DNA of 63,897 bases, counting the filler, from Vicugna vicugna (Eukaryota): the NCBI GenBank assembly GCA_013265495.1. It is 77 parts of 76 records of this genome, joined end to end, with 100 filler letters (N's around TTAATTAATTAA, not from the genome) between each part and the next. Parts side by side here need not be neighbours in the genome. Positions count along the whole stretch, not along the records: positions 63,690 to 63,897 come from PNXW01027797.1; 76 more parts are not named here. One strand, given 5' to 3'. Each line of letters starts with the position of its first letter. Positions within the stretch are counted from its first letter, which is position 1. The translations under genes were made by a program, and so were the position numbers. The notes below the pieces were generated by a model, which did not search any database, was not told where the DNA came from, and saw nothing but the letters and a program-made list of their open reading frames with translations. Below, piece after piece: positions 63,690 to 63,897 of this stretch.

Positions 63690-63897
63690 GTTTCCCCAAC
63701 TCCAGCACACACACGAAGAACTATTCGGCTATCCAAAGTGTGGGGAGGCTCTTCAAACTGACGGTAGCACCTGTGATCTAATAGAATCTCTTGGATTGAT
63801 ATCCCTGATTGATTCCTTTGGCAGTGATGTGAGTTAAGGTGGGATTGGGCACTAAACCAAAGTAATAGCGAGTGCCTCTCTATGAGCAGTGGAAGTG
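63690..63897. repeat. Sat-D monomer (truncated by window end)
   Basis: tttccccaactccagcacacacacgaag...gtggggaggct...tagcgagtgcctctc. Confidence 0.85.

Overview
This window is not a contiguous locus. It is an artificial concatenation of about 77 short, unplaced mammalian scaffolds (roughly 0.3-1.6 kb each, many with internal N gaps), joined by about 76 copies of a 100-bp synthetic spacer (N44-TTAATTAATTAA-N44). A tRNA-derived Vic-1-type SINE and the L1 3' ends point to a camelid (alpaca, llama or camel). About 32 scaffolds are satellite DNA in five families. Sat-A is GC-rich with a 267-bp monomer. Sat-B has a 249-bp monomer. Sat-C is an AT-rich ~742-bp trimeric higher-order repeat of ~247-bp monomers, recognisably homologous to Sat-B. 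Sat-D is a heterogeneous ~265-bp multi-monomer array homologous to Sat-A. Sat-E is a degenerate 7-bp NNNNTTC repeat with higher-order structure. Most other scaffolds are L1, L2, MIR, ERV1-internal or DNA-transposon relics. No intact gene is present, and the ORF track is almost entirely N read-through or satellite noise. The one recognisable coding fragment is an intron-preceded DYRK1A exon with three amino-acid changes, probably a duplicated pseudogene. The most interesting biology is the related satellite library. I see no support for a novel protein-coding or defence-type system.
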